From positions 417,458 to 481,457 of the forward strand of contig NW_015175996.1 in the NCBI RefSeq assembly GCF_001447785.1: DNA of 64,000 nucleotides. Direction: 5' to 3'. The stretch's first letter is position 1; each line of letters starts with the position of its first letter. Shown piece by piece: positions 12,401-24,086 of this stretch. The translations under genes were made by a program, and so were the position numbers. The notes beneath the pieces were generated by a model. The model saw nothing but the letters and a program-made list of their open reading frames with translations. It was not told the origin of the DNA and ran no database searches. The DNA comes from Gekko japonicus (taxonomy: Eukaryota).

Positions 12401-12842
12401 CAGGGCCACTCCCAGGCTTGTGGGCATCCTAGGCTAGGATAACCCACCCTCAACATCTGCCCCACCATGGGAAGGCAGGAAGATGGCATCCACATTTCTC
12501 TGCAAGGTGAGGTGGCATCCACTCTCCTGTGCATGGTAGATAGGTGGTGGAGGCCCTCTTTGTCACACCACACCACAGAAAGAAGAGGTGGTGAGGGAAG
12601 GACAAAAAGGAAGGGAAGTTGCAAGGAAAGGAGGAAGAGAGCCAGGCCTACCCTTGCAATGGAGGAAGGGAAGGAACAGGGTCCCTGCTGGCCACCTGGT
12701 GGGGCAGGGGGCACCTCCTGGGGCTGCTGCTTGCTGCAGCAGGCCCTGAAGCCACTAGCAGATGGGAAGGCTGGTTGCCACCCCTCCATCTTTGGTGCCC
12801 TAGGCAATTGCCTATGTGTGCCTAGTTGACAGGCTAGCCATG
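12401..12842. mobile_element. hAT-like (cagggccg-type) MITE
   Basis: cagggcc... start and ...gccctaggc...gctagccatg end. Degenerate 8-bp TSD ctggcagt/ctggtagc. Confidence 0.6.
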
Positions 12843-13335
12843 CTGGTAGCTGAGATAAGCTGCAGCAACCTATCCTCAGAAGTTATGGCAAGAATCTTTA
12901 TTGGCATAGATCAGCCAATATAACCTGGTTAAACTCAGATGCTCATGGCTCGTATCTTTATTCCAGGTGCTGCTACAAATAATTGCCCAGTGGGAAAGCT
13001 GGTTGTATGAATTTACCTTTTGTAAATGTGAGAGGAATGAACATATGAAGCTTACAATCTTATGGAGCAGAAAGAAAGTATCTGACCTCACCAAGGTTGA
13101 ACTTTGATTATGTTTGGGGGCTGCCAGCCATTAATCACCACTTTTGTCAAGGTGCCATCTTTGGACACACTTGGCTACCTTTTATACTTTATGGATTTCC
13201 CCCCTGTTTTCTTGGTCTGAGCTGCTCTCAGCATATAGTCACAATGTTGTGCAAGGAATCTGGACTTTTTAAAACTCTCAAGCTGCTATAAAATCACTGG
13301 GATTGAGGCAGAAATTGCTTCTACAGGCAGAAAAT

Positions 13336-13336
<1 letters not shown>

Positions 13337-13388
<52 letters not shown>
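13337..13388. repeat. (CT)n microsatellite
   Basis: Direct observation. Confidence 0.95.
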
Positions 13389-13974
13389 GTGGTCAAAATT
13401 GGTATCATGCTTCAGCACCCTCAGACCCCAAGCAGCTACATTAATTGTTATGGCAACTTTTAATTCCTAATTGCTGCCACTTCTATGAACACAAGGTTAA
13501 GAAATAACTCTTCTGAATGTTCGTAAGAACACATTAACAACACAGGCAATAAATGAGACAAGTTGTTCTTTTGATGTTAATGTTTACCATTCAAGAAATC
13601 CAACTGAAATCAATGTGATTTTATTCACATTGTTGCAATAAATATTCAGAGGTAAAAGAAGGTTTTGTGGCCCTGAACTGTCTCTCAAAAGTCATTCCCC
13701 CTTAGCAATCTTTCCCCCCCTTACTAGTTAGTTGCTGTTTATTTCTAATTAAGTAGCTAATGACATTTTGGCTACATAATTTAGGGGAAATGAAGCTCAT
13801 TTTGGCAATGCATCATGTTGAATTAGCTTTATTTATTATCAGGGATCTAATTGGCTGAGTGATCATGCCACTAGTACTAGGCAAATAAAAAAAGATGATT
13901 TTGAGTAAAAACTGGCCCTGAAGCTGCAAAAAGTTGTAAACAGCTGCACTGCCACATGCAAAATCCTGAAAAAA

Positions 13975-14320
13975 AGAAACAAAATCATGTAATACCTTTT
14001 ATTGAGGCCAAGCCAAATAACCCAAAAGCTTGTGCAAGCTTTCAAGTTCTATAGAACCCTTCCTCAGGCAGATGTTACAAAAATTAAAAACGAAGGATGA
14101 AAAAAGCCTAGATCTTGAGACCCACTGATGCCAGCCTTTGATGTTGGATGCTGGCAGGCAGGCAGGCTGGCTCACTGTTTGGTTGCTGTGAGTGTTAGAT
14201 GCCAGTTTGGTGTCTCTGCTTATGAGATCTGGATGTGGGAAATTTGCTTTTCCCCTCCTCCATGCTTTAATTTTTTAAAAAATATCTGCCTGATGAAGAG
14301 GGCATTGGAACTCACCGAAG
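13975..14320. mobile_element. Penelope-like remnant with inverted termini carrying hammerhead-like cores
   Basis: Minus strand 14067->14025 reads CTGAGGA-agggttc/gaactt-GAAA-gcttg/caagc-TT. Plus strand has CTGATGAAG at 14290. The flanks are inverted relative to each other. Confidence 0.55.
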
Positions 14321-14752
14321 AAAGAATAACCTAGAGATAAACAGAACAAAAAGACAGAAACTGAAACTGGTTGATTTAAATATTATCTTGGCTACCTTCT
14401 AACTCACTCATAGAATCATAGAAACACAGAGTTGGAAGGAGTCATACAGGCCTTCTAGCCCAACCCGCTGCTCAGTGCAGGATCAGCCTAGAGAATCCCT
14501 TACAAATGTTTAACAATCAGTGCAGGATCAGCCTAGAGAATTCCTTAAAAATGTTTATCCAGCCACTGCTTAAAGGCTGCCAGTGAGTGGGAGCTCACCA
14601 CACCCCTGTGTAGCTGATTCCACTGTTGAACAACTCTTATTGTAAAAAAAGGTTTTCCCTAATATCCAGCCAGTACCTTCCCAGCCTTAATTTAAACCCA
14701 TAATTGCAAGTCCTTATCCTCTGCTGCCAACAGGAACAGCTCCCTGCCCTCC

Positions 14753-14899
14753 TAGGGCTGCCAAGCCGTGGCGGGGGACATTGCCAGAGTGACGCGTAGT
14801 GTCACATCCTGGCGACGGTGGTGCAATGCATATCACTGTCCCCCGCGGCAGGGATCCTGTGAAGACGCACAGATCCCCCGCCGTGGCTTGGCAGCCCTA
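14753..14899. mobile_element. 147-bp hAT-like MITE; one-armed relative of the 25186-25443 fold-back
   Basis: TIRs tagggctgccaagcc...ggcttggcagcccta. Perfect 8-bp TSD tgccctcc (14745-14752, 14900-14907). Confidence 0.9.
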
Positions 14900-14920
14900 T
14901 GCCCTCCTCTAAATGACAGC

Positions 14921-15471
14921 TGTAACTGAAAGCTTAATTTCAGAGCAAAGTTTACAAGCATAGGCAGCTGCTTGGAAGGTAGCCTGCAGCGGAGTGGTCA
15001 CATGACCAGAGAGGCAGAGAGAGTGTGCGTGACGTAATGGTTTTGGAATCTTCAGTTTTGAACTGGAGGGAGGAAAAAACGGCTGACTGCTGACCAGAAG
15101 AGGAAGGGGAGAAAGGGTGCTCTCGGGTGGAAGAGAGAGCGTGGATCCTGTGAGCTGCTGAGGAGTTTAATGATAGAAACTCCTGGTGTATAACTCAGAC
15201 ACACATAGTGCTCCTCTATAAGAAATCCTGTTGGGGAAGGTTATACAGTTCTAGCTAGGGACCAACTGAAGTCCAAAGTTTTTTTAAAAAGAGGAACAAA
15301 AGAAAGCCTGAACAACTGATTGACTTCCTGTATATAACCCTGTCCCCCGGTGTTATTTTAAATAAATTTGTATTTGTGTTTAAAGTGGAGGGCGTCATAA
15401 ACCTCTGTGTAGAAGTGGGCGAACTAAAGCTAGAGAGGGGGAAAGTGTGCTGAGAGCCCCCTGCAGTTACA
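14921..15471 (+). mobile_element. Solo LTR (551 bp)
   Basis: TGTAACTG...CAGTTACA termini, 5-bp TSD acagc (14916-14920, 15472-15476), AATAAA at 15361. Confidence 0.85.
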
Positions 15472-15533
15472 ACAGCCCTTCAAATACTTAAAGAGAACAA
15501 TCATGTCCCTCCTCAACCTCCTCTTCTCCAGAC

Positions 15534-16070
15534 TGTTGTATGCACAGTTTATGAAACACTTTGTACTCTGCCACTGACTAACAGGTTTAACTTAGTAGGT
15601 GCACTTAGCACTTCCGTGGTGCATATGTTGAGTGCCATTTATGATTCTGACATCATGAATGTATTCAGGTATTAACTTTGGTTCATTTGTGACTGTTGTT
15701 TGGGAGGGTAAAATCCTGAAAGAACAAAATGTAAACTTTGCTGAGGCTTGCGGCCTCGGGAAACCTATTAACTGTGCATGTATCAATTAGCCTAGCCATA
15801 TCAGTTATATAGATACAATTTAGAGCTTCATGGTTTAAGAAGACGAGTTCAGCTAGAAAAAAGAAACCTTACTTCAGAAAGCCCAGCCTAAAAGGTTTTC
15901 TGCCAATCAGAGACCTGTTAGGTCAGAGTGCTGATGTTTAATGTAACAAATAATCTTGTTTTATTTGTGTGTGTCATCTTGAGTATAAAATCCTACATCA
16001 CCCATTGTAACCTCAGAGACGCTGGTTGGTATCTGAGGGGACCAACCCCTGTTTATTTGGTTTCTCCCTG
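15534..16070 (+). mobile_element. Probable LTR fragment (3' end lost)
   Basis: Begins TGTTGTA exactly where CR1 similarity stops. CCAAT at ~15903 and TATAAAA at ~15984. No TSD found. Confidence 0.4.
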
Positions 16071-17805
16071 TTTTAATTGCATTTTATAACCCACATCCTA
16101 AGGGGAAAATCACTATAACTAAAAACAAAGGATAAGACAAGGATCATATTCTAAATGTTATATTGTATATGCGACAATAATAATAAAGATCAATTTATTA
16201 AAATTCAGGATAATGCTATCTTAATCTTAATACTAGTCTCAGGTGTTTTATAATCCCTTATATTCTGTTGAACTGTTTATCTTATACATTTCTTCTTCTT
16301 GTACTTCAGATTCGTTTTAAGTGCAGCTGCCCCCTTCTCCAAGTCTGAGGTTCCCAGGGTGCTGCTAGAGCTACTCACGGTGTCTTCTGTTCCTCCATCA
16401 CTGGTTCCCTCTTCTTCAATATTGTCCACAGTTTTTTTTTCATTTTTACTGAGGCTTTGTTGTTGTTTAAAAAAATCTGTGGCTTTTTGGACAGAGTCAA
16501 TTTTATTCTTCTTATCTTTATAGTTGAATACAAGTCCCTCTGGAAAAATCCATCTATAAGCAATTGAGTTGTTGTGGAGGAAGAAGGGTAAATCCTTGTA
16601 TTGCCACCTTCGCTTCTGCATCTCGAATGGAATGTTCTTTAAATTTTTAACTTATTTGTCTTTAACCTTCAGAACTTTTCCAAATGTAGCTTTCAAAACA
16701 TTGTCTCTGGTAGATCTCTTAGAGAATTTCATGTATATTTCTCCAGGCAGTTTATTTTTCTTCATAAAATCTAGATAAGTTCAATAAGCCAAGTCCATGT
16801 GATTTTGCAATGCCTCTTATTTAAGATCTGTCATTGGTGCTAACACTTCACTTAAAATTACTTTTAAATTTTCTCCTTTTTGCTCAGGAACACCTTGAAA
16901 GTGTAAGACATACATTGATATTTCCATTTGTAGTTGCAGCAATTGGCCTTTATCTGAGATACTCTCTTTTTCCACTTCCCCCAATTTTTGTTCAGTATCT
17001 TTGATCTTTGTTCCAACTCTCTTGATGGCTCTGTCTGTTTTGTCTGCTCTTTTATCCATCTGTGTTAGTTGCTTTTGGACACCATCTAGCTTGCTGTTGA
17101 TATTAGTCATCTGCTCCAGCAAAGGGCGCAATATCTTAGCCAGCATATTGGGAAAGTCAGCAGCTGCTTCCTGTGTCTGGGTGGGAGTCGTTGGTATGGT
17201 ATTTCCTGTGAGAGGTTTCTTTTCTGGTGCCATTCTTCTCCCTCTTCCAGACATTGTTTATACAAGAAGAAAGTTTTTGGATTTAAAGTCAAAGTTCTCC
17301 AATTTAAATACGCTTTCGGTCTCAATTACAGTCTCATATGGTTAGTTTCACTTATTTCCTTTTCTTTCTCATTCAAGGACTGTTCAGTTTCGGGGTGGTG
17401 AATCTCCAACTCTTCCCCCACCTGCCGCTTGTTTCTTGAGTTAAAGCCAGTGGACTTAAAGACTTGGCTGCTTATATGTGGGACCGCTTAACTCACTGTT
17501 TTTTCATGTTTAAATCATTGTAGGAGAGAAATTGCACTAGATCGCTTGTCCGCTCATCCAGCAGCCAGCTCTTTTCATTATGATGGCTTTGTGACGGCAG
17601 GACCTCTCGTGGTAGGGAGAGCCTTGATCCTTCAGCTGTTGCCTCAGGAGAGGCTCTTCTCTGCACCGCAGGCTGGGAGTCCCCTACAAGGACTCTGGGA
17701 AGGCCCAGATCTGGCCAGGACTCTTCCTGTTCGCTGCGACTAGGCACGTCTCCATCAGGAGCTCAATGGGATGCGACCGAGCCTCAAGTCGCCAAAACCG
17801 GATAT
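16071..17805 (-). mobile_element. Near full-length L1-ORF1-only (HAL1-like) element: 5'UTR, ORF1, short 3'UTR
   Basis: CpG-containing 5'UTR starting ...tccggttttggcgac. ORF1 occupies 17254-16277. About 200 bp of UTR ends in ATTAAA near 16072-16077. No ORF2 sequence. Confidence 0.75.
16277..17254 (-). pseudogene. L1-type ORF1p (coiled coil, RRM, CTD), 325 codons with 3 in-frame stops and no frameshift
   Basis: ORFs 16817-17254 and 16277-16621 are in the same frame. The linker translates to EALQNHMDLAY*TYLDFMKKNKLPGEIYMKFSKRSTRDNVLKATFGKVLKVKDK*VKNLKNIPFE. GVPE..GENL RRM motif present. Confidence 0.85.
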
Positions 17806-18767
17806 CCAGGCCCCTGATCATCCTCATCACTTTCCTCTGCACCTGCTCCATTCTGTCCACATCTTTTTTGAAGCGAGGCCTCCAGAAACACAATACTCCA
17901 GGTGGAGCCTGGCCAATACAGTATACGGTGGAACTATGAGATCTTGTGATTTGGATGTTATGCCTCTGTTCATACACCCCAAGATCGCATTAGTCTTTTT
18001 TTGTTGCTGCATCACACTGGCTGCTGATATTTAACTTTTGGTCCACCCATACCTACACACACCACTACCCAGAAGTGTATCCCCCATCCAGTATGCGTGT
18101 TCTTCATTTTTTTTACCCAGATGTAGAACTCAGCACTTATTCTTGTTAAATTGCATCTTGTTCACATCTACCTACTTTCCCAGTGTGTGCAGATCTCATA
18201 GATTTCTATCTCTATCTTCTGGAGTGTTTGCTGATCCTCTCAATTTGGTGCCATCTGCAAATTTAATGAGTAGCCTCTCCACACCCTCATCCAGATCAGT
18301 TATAAAAATATTGAAAAGTACTGAAGTTGGCAACTGTACCCCCATCTCCATACATAAAGAAACCTCAACCACTAAATCTTCACAAAGGTTCTTGTTTTAG
18401 CCTTCAAGGAAAAGATTCTAAATGGTCAAACCCAAACAGTACTGCTATCAGCAATCTACTGTTTGGCCTCCTTTCTTGTAATGCTCCTAGCGATAACCCT
18501 CAACTGATACCATTTCTCTCTGCCCACATTCAGTCATAAAGTTACTTCTTCCCTTAAACTGTGAAACTCGTTCAGCAGAGGTGATAGTGGGATGAGTTAT
18601 GAGCCATGGGTAATGGCATTTTTCTCACATATCACCTTTAATGCTCTGATGAAACTGTAGTCTCTTTCTGTTCTCAAATGTTAAATGGCAAATGTTACAC
18701 TGATGTTCCTACTTAGTCCCAAATCAGAGAAAAGCAAATACCACCTAGAAAATAAACTTGGATTACA

Positions 18768-19594
18768 TCTATATATCTAATAGCAAAGGTGCCCCCTGCG
18801 TGCGGATATCTAAATCCGCACATCGGGGGCACCTAGGGGGCAGAAAGATTTTCCTGCACACTTGGGGCAGTCCCCAGGTGTGCACAAAAATCTAAAAAGT
18901 AGGGAAAAATATAGGGGGGGATATTTAAATCCCCCCAAAAGTAAAAGAGCCTTCCCTGTCCATGTGCAGGGAATGCTCTGGGAACTCTGTGGCAGGCTGG
19001 CAGTTGGAAGCCGCTCAGGCCTCACCACAGGAGCCAGGGGAGGGAGGAGAAGATTGGCAAGGCCCAGCAGCTGGAAGCTGCTTGGGCCTCGCCGTGGGGG
19101 TTGGGGGTGGGGGGGGGAGGAGCTCGTCAAGATGGACGCCACTCAGGCATGGCGGCAGGAGCCGGAGGTGGGGGAGGAGACCGGGGGAGGGGGTGGAGGA
19201 GATCGGCAAGGCCCAGCAGCTGAAATCTGTTCAGGCCTCATCACAGGAGCCAAATGTGGGGGAGGAGACCAGGGGAGGGAGGGTGGAGGAGATCGGCAAG
19301 ACCTGGAGGCTGGAAACCACTCAGGCCTCACCGCTGGAGCCAGGGGTGGGGGAGGAGACCAGGGGAGGGGTGGAAGAGATTGGCAAGGCCCAGCGGCTGG
19401 CAGCTGCTTTGGTCTTGACGTTGGAGCCGGGGGTGGGGCGGAGGAGACCGGGGGAGGGGGGAGGAGATGGCGGGCTCGGTGGCTGGCAGCCTCTCAGGCC
19501 ACACCACCAGTGTCCGGCTTACCTGCTGCTGCTTCCTCCTCTTCCTGCTCTGTGTGGAGCTCCCCCCCACGAATATCGTGGGTCCCCTTTCTTG
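18768..19594 (+). mobile_element. Non-autonomous Helitron with an internal GC-rich tandem array
   Basis: A|TCTATATATC 5' end; subterminal hairpin cccacga-ata-tcgtggg; 3' CTTG|T; no TSD. Confidence 0.75.
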
Positions 19595-21680
19595 TACAAA
19601 TATGTTTTTGTATGTATTTATTTTTGTATTTTCTGCCAAGAGAGAAAGACAAAGTCTGTCTCTGTGTGCATTTAGCATAGTGTATTTTGCAACGGTGAAA
19701 TACATAGTTATTCCAAATAGAAATTAATGTACTTAATGTGGCCCATGTGGGAATGCTGGTTTTTGTTTGTTTGTTTTTGCAAATTTGGCATTGTTCTGAG
19801 TCAGATAGTAAATGAAAAAACTTTTATTCACATTAGCTGCTTTGATACTTACCTACTTTTTAAAAAAGTGTAACTAAGAACTATGGTTTATTGGAATCAG
19901 GCAACATTTATTTTTACAAATAGGACATCTAAAGAAATTATGCACTGCCTTTCTTGGCTACACAATGCTCAGGTGTAATAAAATTGATGATCCCATAAAA
20001 TAAAATTTATGAAACCATAATGAATTGAATTTATTTGAGTACGCTCAGTTATGTTTTTGNNNNNNNNNNNNNNNNNNNNNNNNNNNNNNNNNNNNNNNNN
20101 NNNNNNNNNNNNNNNNNNNNNNNNNNNNNNNNNNNNNNNNNNNNNNNNNNNNNNNNNNNNNNNNNNNNNNNNNNNNNNNNNNNNNNNNNNNTATTCAATG
20201 ATAAGAAAAACTATCATTTTGGTACCTGGAAAACCTCAAGATGATGTTTTGCATCTCTAAATGCTCTTTCTTCTCTTATGAAAAACCTATTATTATGTCT
20301 CTTTTCTCTTACTACCAAGAAGGCTTACATACTAATAAGGACCGCTCAGTGGTACCCTTGCTAGATATCACCTCGTATCCATACTGCTCAAGAGTGCATG
20401 TTATATGCATGCACATATGTGAACATGTGTGCCTCTGTTACCCTGGCTCCACTTAAAATGCATTTTTCTTTGTGCAGTCTTCCAGAAGTATTCTTGAACC
20501 TGAAGTGCTTTAAAAAAGAAATGAAATGTAACAAAACCAAAGATATCTGTCCCACCTTTCTCTCAAAGTAAAAGGCTCTCCTTTGATTTTCTCTGCAATG
20601 TTCTGATCTATCTCCTATAGATGAAGGAAACAGCTATGTGTCTGTTATGATAACATCACCTTGTTCTTGGAAAGGGTATCTGCTAGCAAAAGAATGCCCC
20701 TTAGTGAGCACTTCTATTTTAGTGTCTCTGCTGTTTCAAAAGTCTACAGAATAACCCAAAATCTGAGGCCAGTAACATTAAACACTCAATAGAAAAACAA
20801 AGGTAAGAGCAGATTTAATGTTCAGCAAAATTGTTGTCATTTTATACACTGGGAACCCCCTCCCCTTAAAAACAACTCCAAAAAACACCCAAAGTTTTCT
20901 TTCCTTTAAATGCATCGTAAACATACAGGGCAGAATAAAGAATAATACTCAAGACTCAATATGGTGAAGCATATGGTGAAGCTGTCATGTGGTTATTTCA
21001 GCATTCACAGATCCCAATCTACATTCTCTACTTTTACTATTCACTTAAGATCTTTTCTCTTCTACTGGTAGCGACATGCACAATTTTAGAAAGACCCTTT
21101 CAAAGGAGACCTGTAACAAGCATATTTCAGAAAAGAAGAGTGACGAGATGATTACGCGAAGATTCCAGCAACTTTAGCAGATAATGCAGTAGAGATAATT
21201 ATAACAAGAGGTTCAGCACTTGTCAGCCCTGAACAGAGATACCCACCATACAATACACACTGCACTGAAGCACATATTCTGTTGCATCTGGTTACTGTAA
21301 ATAAGGATGCATTACATTCATATGGAAATACTGCTGCAACAAGAATTAAGCTGACTTTCTTCCCCCAGGTACTGGGAGGGGGGGGGGACATTTGCTCTTT
21401 ATTGAAATGGCTGAACTAGGGTATACCACATAGTATTCCAGTGATTGCCATTGGCTGAGCAGAGTAGGATCTGAGCAGAGAGCAGGCAGAAGAATAAGCC
21501 AAGAAGAGACGAAGAAAAGGAGAAGGCCAAAGGAAAATGGGGAAAGAGAATTGGATCAGTGAGGGAAAATGGAAAAAGCTGGGAAGAAAACCTAGGACAG
21601 GAAAAGAGCAGAGAAGCTAGTTGCAAGGAAAAGAAGACATATATAGAAAACAACAGCCAAATCTTTGTATACAGACCTTA

Positions 21681-21942
21681 GAGCCAGTTTGGTGTAGTGG
21701 TTAAGAGCGTGGACTCTAAACGGGGAGAACTGGGTTTGATTCCCCACTCCTCCACATGCAGCTGCTGGTATGACCTTGGGTCATTCATAAATTCTTTCAG
21801 AGAGCTCTCTCAACCCCACCTACCTCACAGGGTGTCTGTTGTGGGGAGGGGAGGGGAAGGGAAAGGGATTATAAGCCGCTCTGAGACTCCTTCAGGTAGA
21901 GAAGGGTGGAGTATAAATCCAATCTCTTCTCTTCTTCTTCTT
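21681..21942 (+). mobile_element. tRNA-derived SINE with L2-type tail (Squam3-like)
   Basis: gagccagtttggtgtagtggttaag A-box, ggtttgattccc B-box, taagccgctctgagac tail and (TCT)n end. Confidence 0.8.
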
Positions 21943-22012
21943 AGTTGCACTGGAATTCCCTAACATAATGATTGCTTCTCCTTAAGAAAAACCTACATAG
22001 GTCTTGCTAGCA

Positions 22013-22230
22013 TAAGGTTATCAACCTTCAGGTAAGGCCTGGAGATTTCCCAGAGTTACAACTGATCCACAGATTACAGAGATCAATTTCCCTGCAATAA
22101 ATGGCAGTGATGGAGGGTGAACTTTATGGCATTAAACCCCACTGAGGTCCCTCCCCACCCCAAAGCCTGCTCTTCTCAGGCTCCATCCCCTAAACTCCGG
22201 AAATTACCCAACCTGGAGTTGTCAGCCATA
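22013..22230. mobile_element. TAGGGTTGCCA-family hAT-like MITE
   Basis: Homologous to the 37227 and 46943 copies. Degenerate TSD tgctagca/tcttagca. Confidence 0.7.
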
Positions 22231-23587
22231 TCTTAGCAGCAATTGAATAAGATCTGACCTAAGTTAATTTCTCCCTTGTTTGCAGGTATAGCCAGAGTTG
22301 CAACAATATTACATGCTGAAGATATTGTCATATAAAATCCTTCCTTGTGGGAATATGTACCATTAAACTATCTTTTCAGTTAATGTGCCAAATGGTACTA
22401 CACTATCTGTGCACTTCTAAACAGAAATAAACCCTGTTAAACTTATTGACTTCAGTGAACTTAGAAGAATGTAACTCTGAACTGTAGGTTTCCCAGAGAA
22501 AAACAAGTTTCTGTCATTAGATCTATTTTGTACTGTGGCATCTTTATCTTTTTCTCCTTTCCATTCTTTGTTTAATAACAACCAAAACAACAGCTGCTTC
22601 CTCTTCACTCCTTGTAGTGTAAATCCCATTAGATTCCTTAGATTTAAAAATAGCTTCGAAACAACATGCACAAAGTAATTAGATGGATTCTGGATCTTTG
22701 CCATTTCAGCGTACATTGAAGGTCTGAATCTATCATTTTGGTCATCGTTCACATCACCAAACAGAATTTGGGTCTCGAAAATGGTAGACTGTCAAAATAA
22801 TATAAACAGAGAGCTTAGTTCCATTCTTTTAAGTTCTCAGGGATTCCATCACATTTATGGATACTAATCAAGAGGATGCTGTTAGCAGATTGATGTCTGG
22901 AATTATAGATTTTAAATAATGGTTTTGAGTTAGTTAAGGATCGGTCAGTTCAGAGAAACCTGAGTTCAAATTTTCTCTGAGTTACAGAGCCATTCATGGG
23001 ACCACTCTGACATGCAACAGGTTGGTAAAGTGGTTCCTGTCTTTCATGTAAGGTAGAAGTTAAGGACAGAAAAACAAAATAATTCCCCATTAAATGTGCA
23101 TTACTGTAGAAGTGCCAACCCAACAAGAACCTTGCCGGGCCCTCTTGCAGCCCAGCAGTCCTCCCTCCCACCAATAGCTGAGCCACAGCTCAATCATGAA
23201 AGGGGGGGAAAGCCCTGTGAAAGGGTGATGATGACAAAAGGAGAGGATGCTGGAGCTTAGTGCTGCCATTGCTAAGCACCACCTGTCCCTCCAAACTGGT
23301 TATGAGCAGAGCTTTCACACAGAGGCTCTGTCCACAGCCAATGCACCCTTTCTCCTTTAAGCTGGAACAAAGGAGTTTTGTCTTTGCCCCAGGTTTAAAA
23401 GGAAGGCCTCACAAGTAGTGCTCAAAAACAGCCCAGCATTGTGTAGAAGTTCCTAAATAAAGCAAGGCCATTTTATATTTCACCTGGGTAAAGGTCTTTG
23501 TGTAGAACGAGCCAGGATTATTAATTTAATTGTAAAACGTTTATAAACCACCATTCTAGACTGAGGAACTCAAGACTACTTATGACA

Positions 23588-24086
23588 TGACTGAGGGGTG
23601 ACATGATCGAGGTTTATAAGATTATGCATGGGAAAGAGCAGGTAGAGAAAGAGGTACTTTTCTCCCTTTCTCACAATACAAGAACTCATGGGCACTCCAT
23701 GAAATTGCTGAGCAGTCGGGTTAGAACAGATAAAAGGAAGTACTTCTTCACCCAAAGAGTGATTAACACATGGAATTCACTGCCACAGGAAGTGGTGGCG
23801 GCTACAAGCATGGACGGCTTCAAAAGGGAATTAGATAAGCATATGGAGCAGAAGTCCATCAGTGGCTATTAGCCACAAGGTATAGATAGGGGCTCTGGGG
23901 CAAGTGATGCTCTGTCTTCTTGGTGCTGGGGGGGGGGTCAACAGTGGGAGGGCTTCTAATGTCCTGGCCCCACTGGTGGACCTCGTGATGGCACCTGGTA
24001 TTTCTGGCCATTGTGTGACACAGAGTGTTGGACTGGATGGGCCTTTGGCCTGATCCAACATTGGCGTCTCTTATGTTCTTATGTTA
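23588..24086 (+). mobile_element. CR1 LINE 3' end
   Basis: ORF 23603-23872 (DMIEVYKIMHG...TRTHGHSMKL...YFFTQRVINTWNSLP) and (TTATGTTC)n tail. Confidence 0.92.

Larger units (their letters stand above)
14411..18320 (-). mobile_element. CR1 LINE 3' part, split by nested insertions (pieces ~14411-14752, 14900-14920, 15472-15533, ~17805-18320)
   Basis: (TAGAATCA)-type tail at 14411. ORF2 motifs ILGCMNRGITSKSQDLIVP.Y..LARLHLEYC in ORF 17827-18015 and KFADG at ~18250. Confidence 0.85.

Noticed and set aside
18810-19727. Overlapping 272-aa and 237-aa Gly-rich ORFs
   Set aside because: Product of a stop-poor GC-rich tandem array inside a Helitron.
21152-21391. 79-aa ORF with exon-like boundaries
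   Set aside because: No recognisable domain in any frame.
22417-22790. 111-aa minus-strand ORF with a possible splice acceptor near 22790 (STIFETQILFGDVNDDQNDRF...)
   Set aside because: No recognisable protein similarity, no convincing donor, and its 3' part runs into a palindromic repeat. No frame-compatible neighbouring exon was found.
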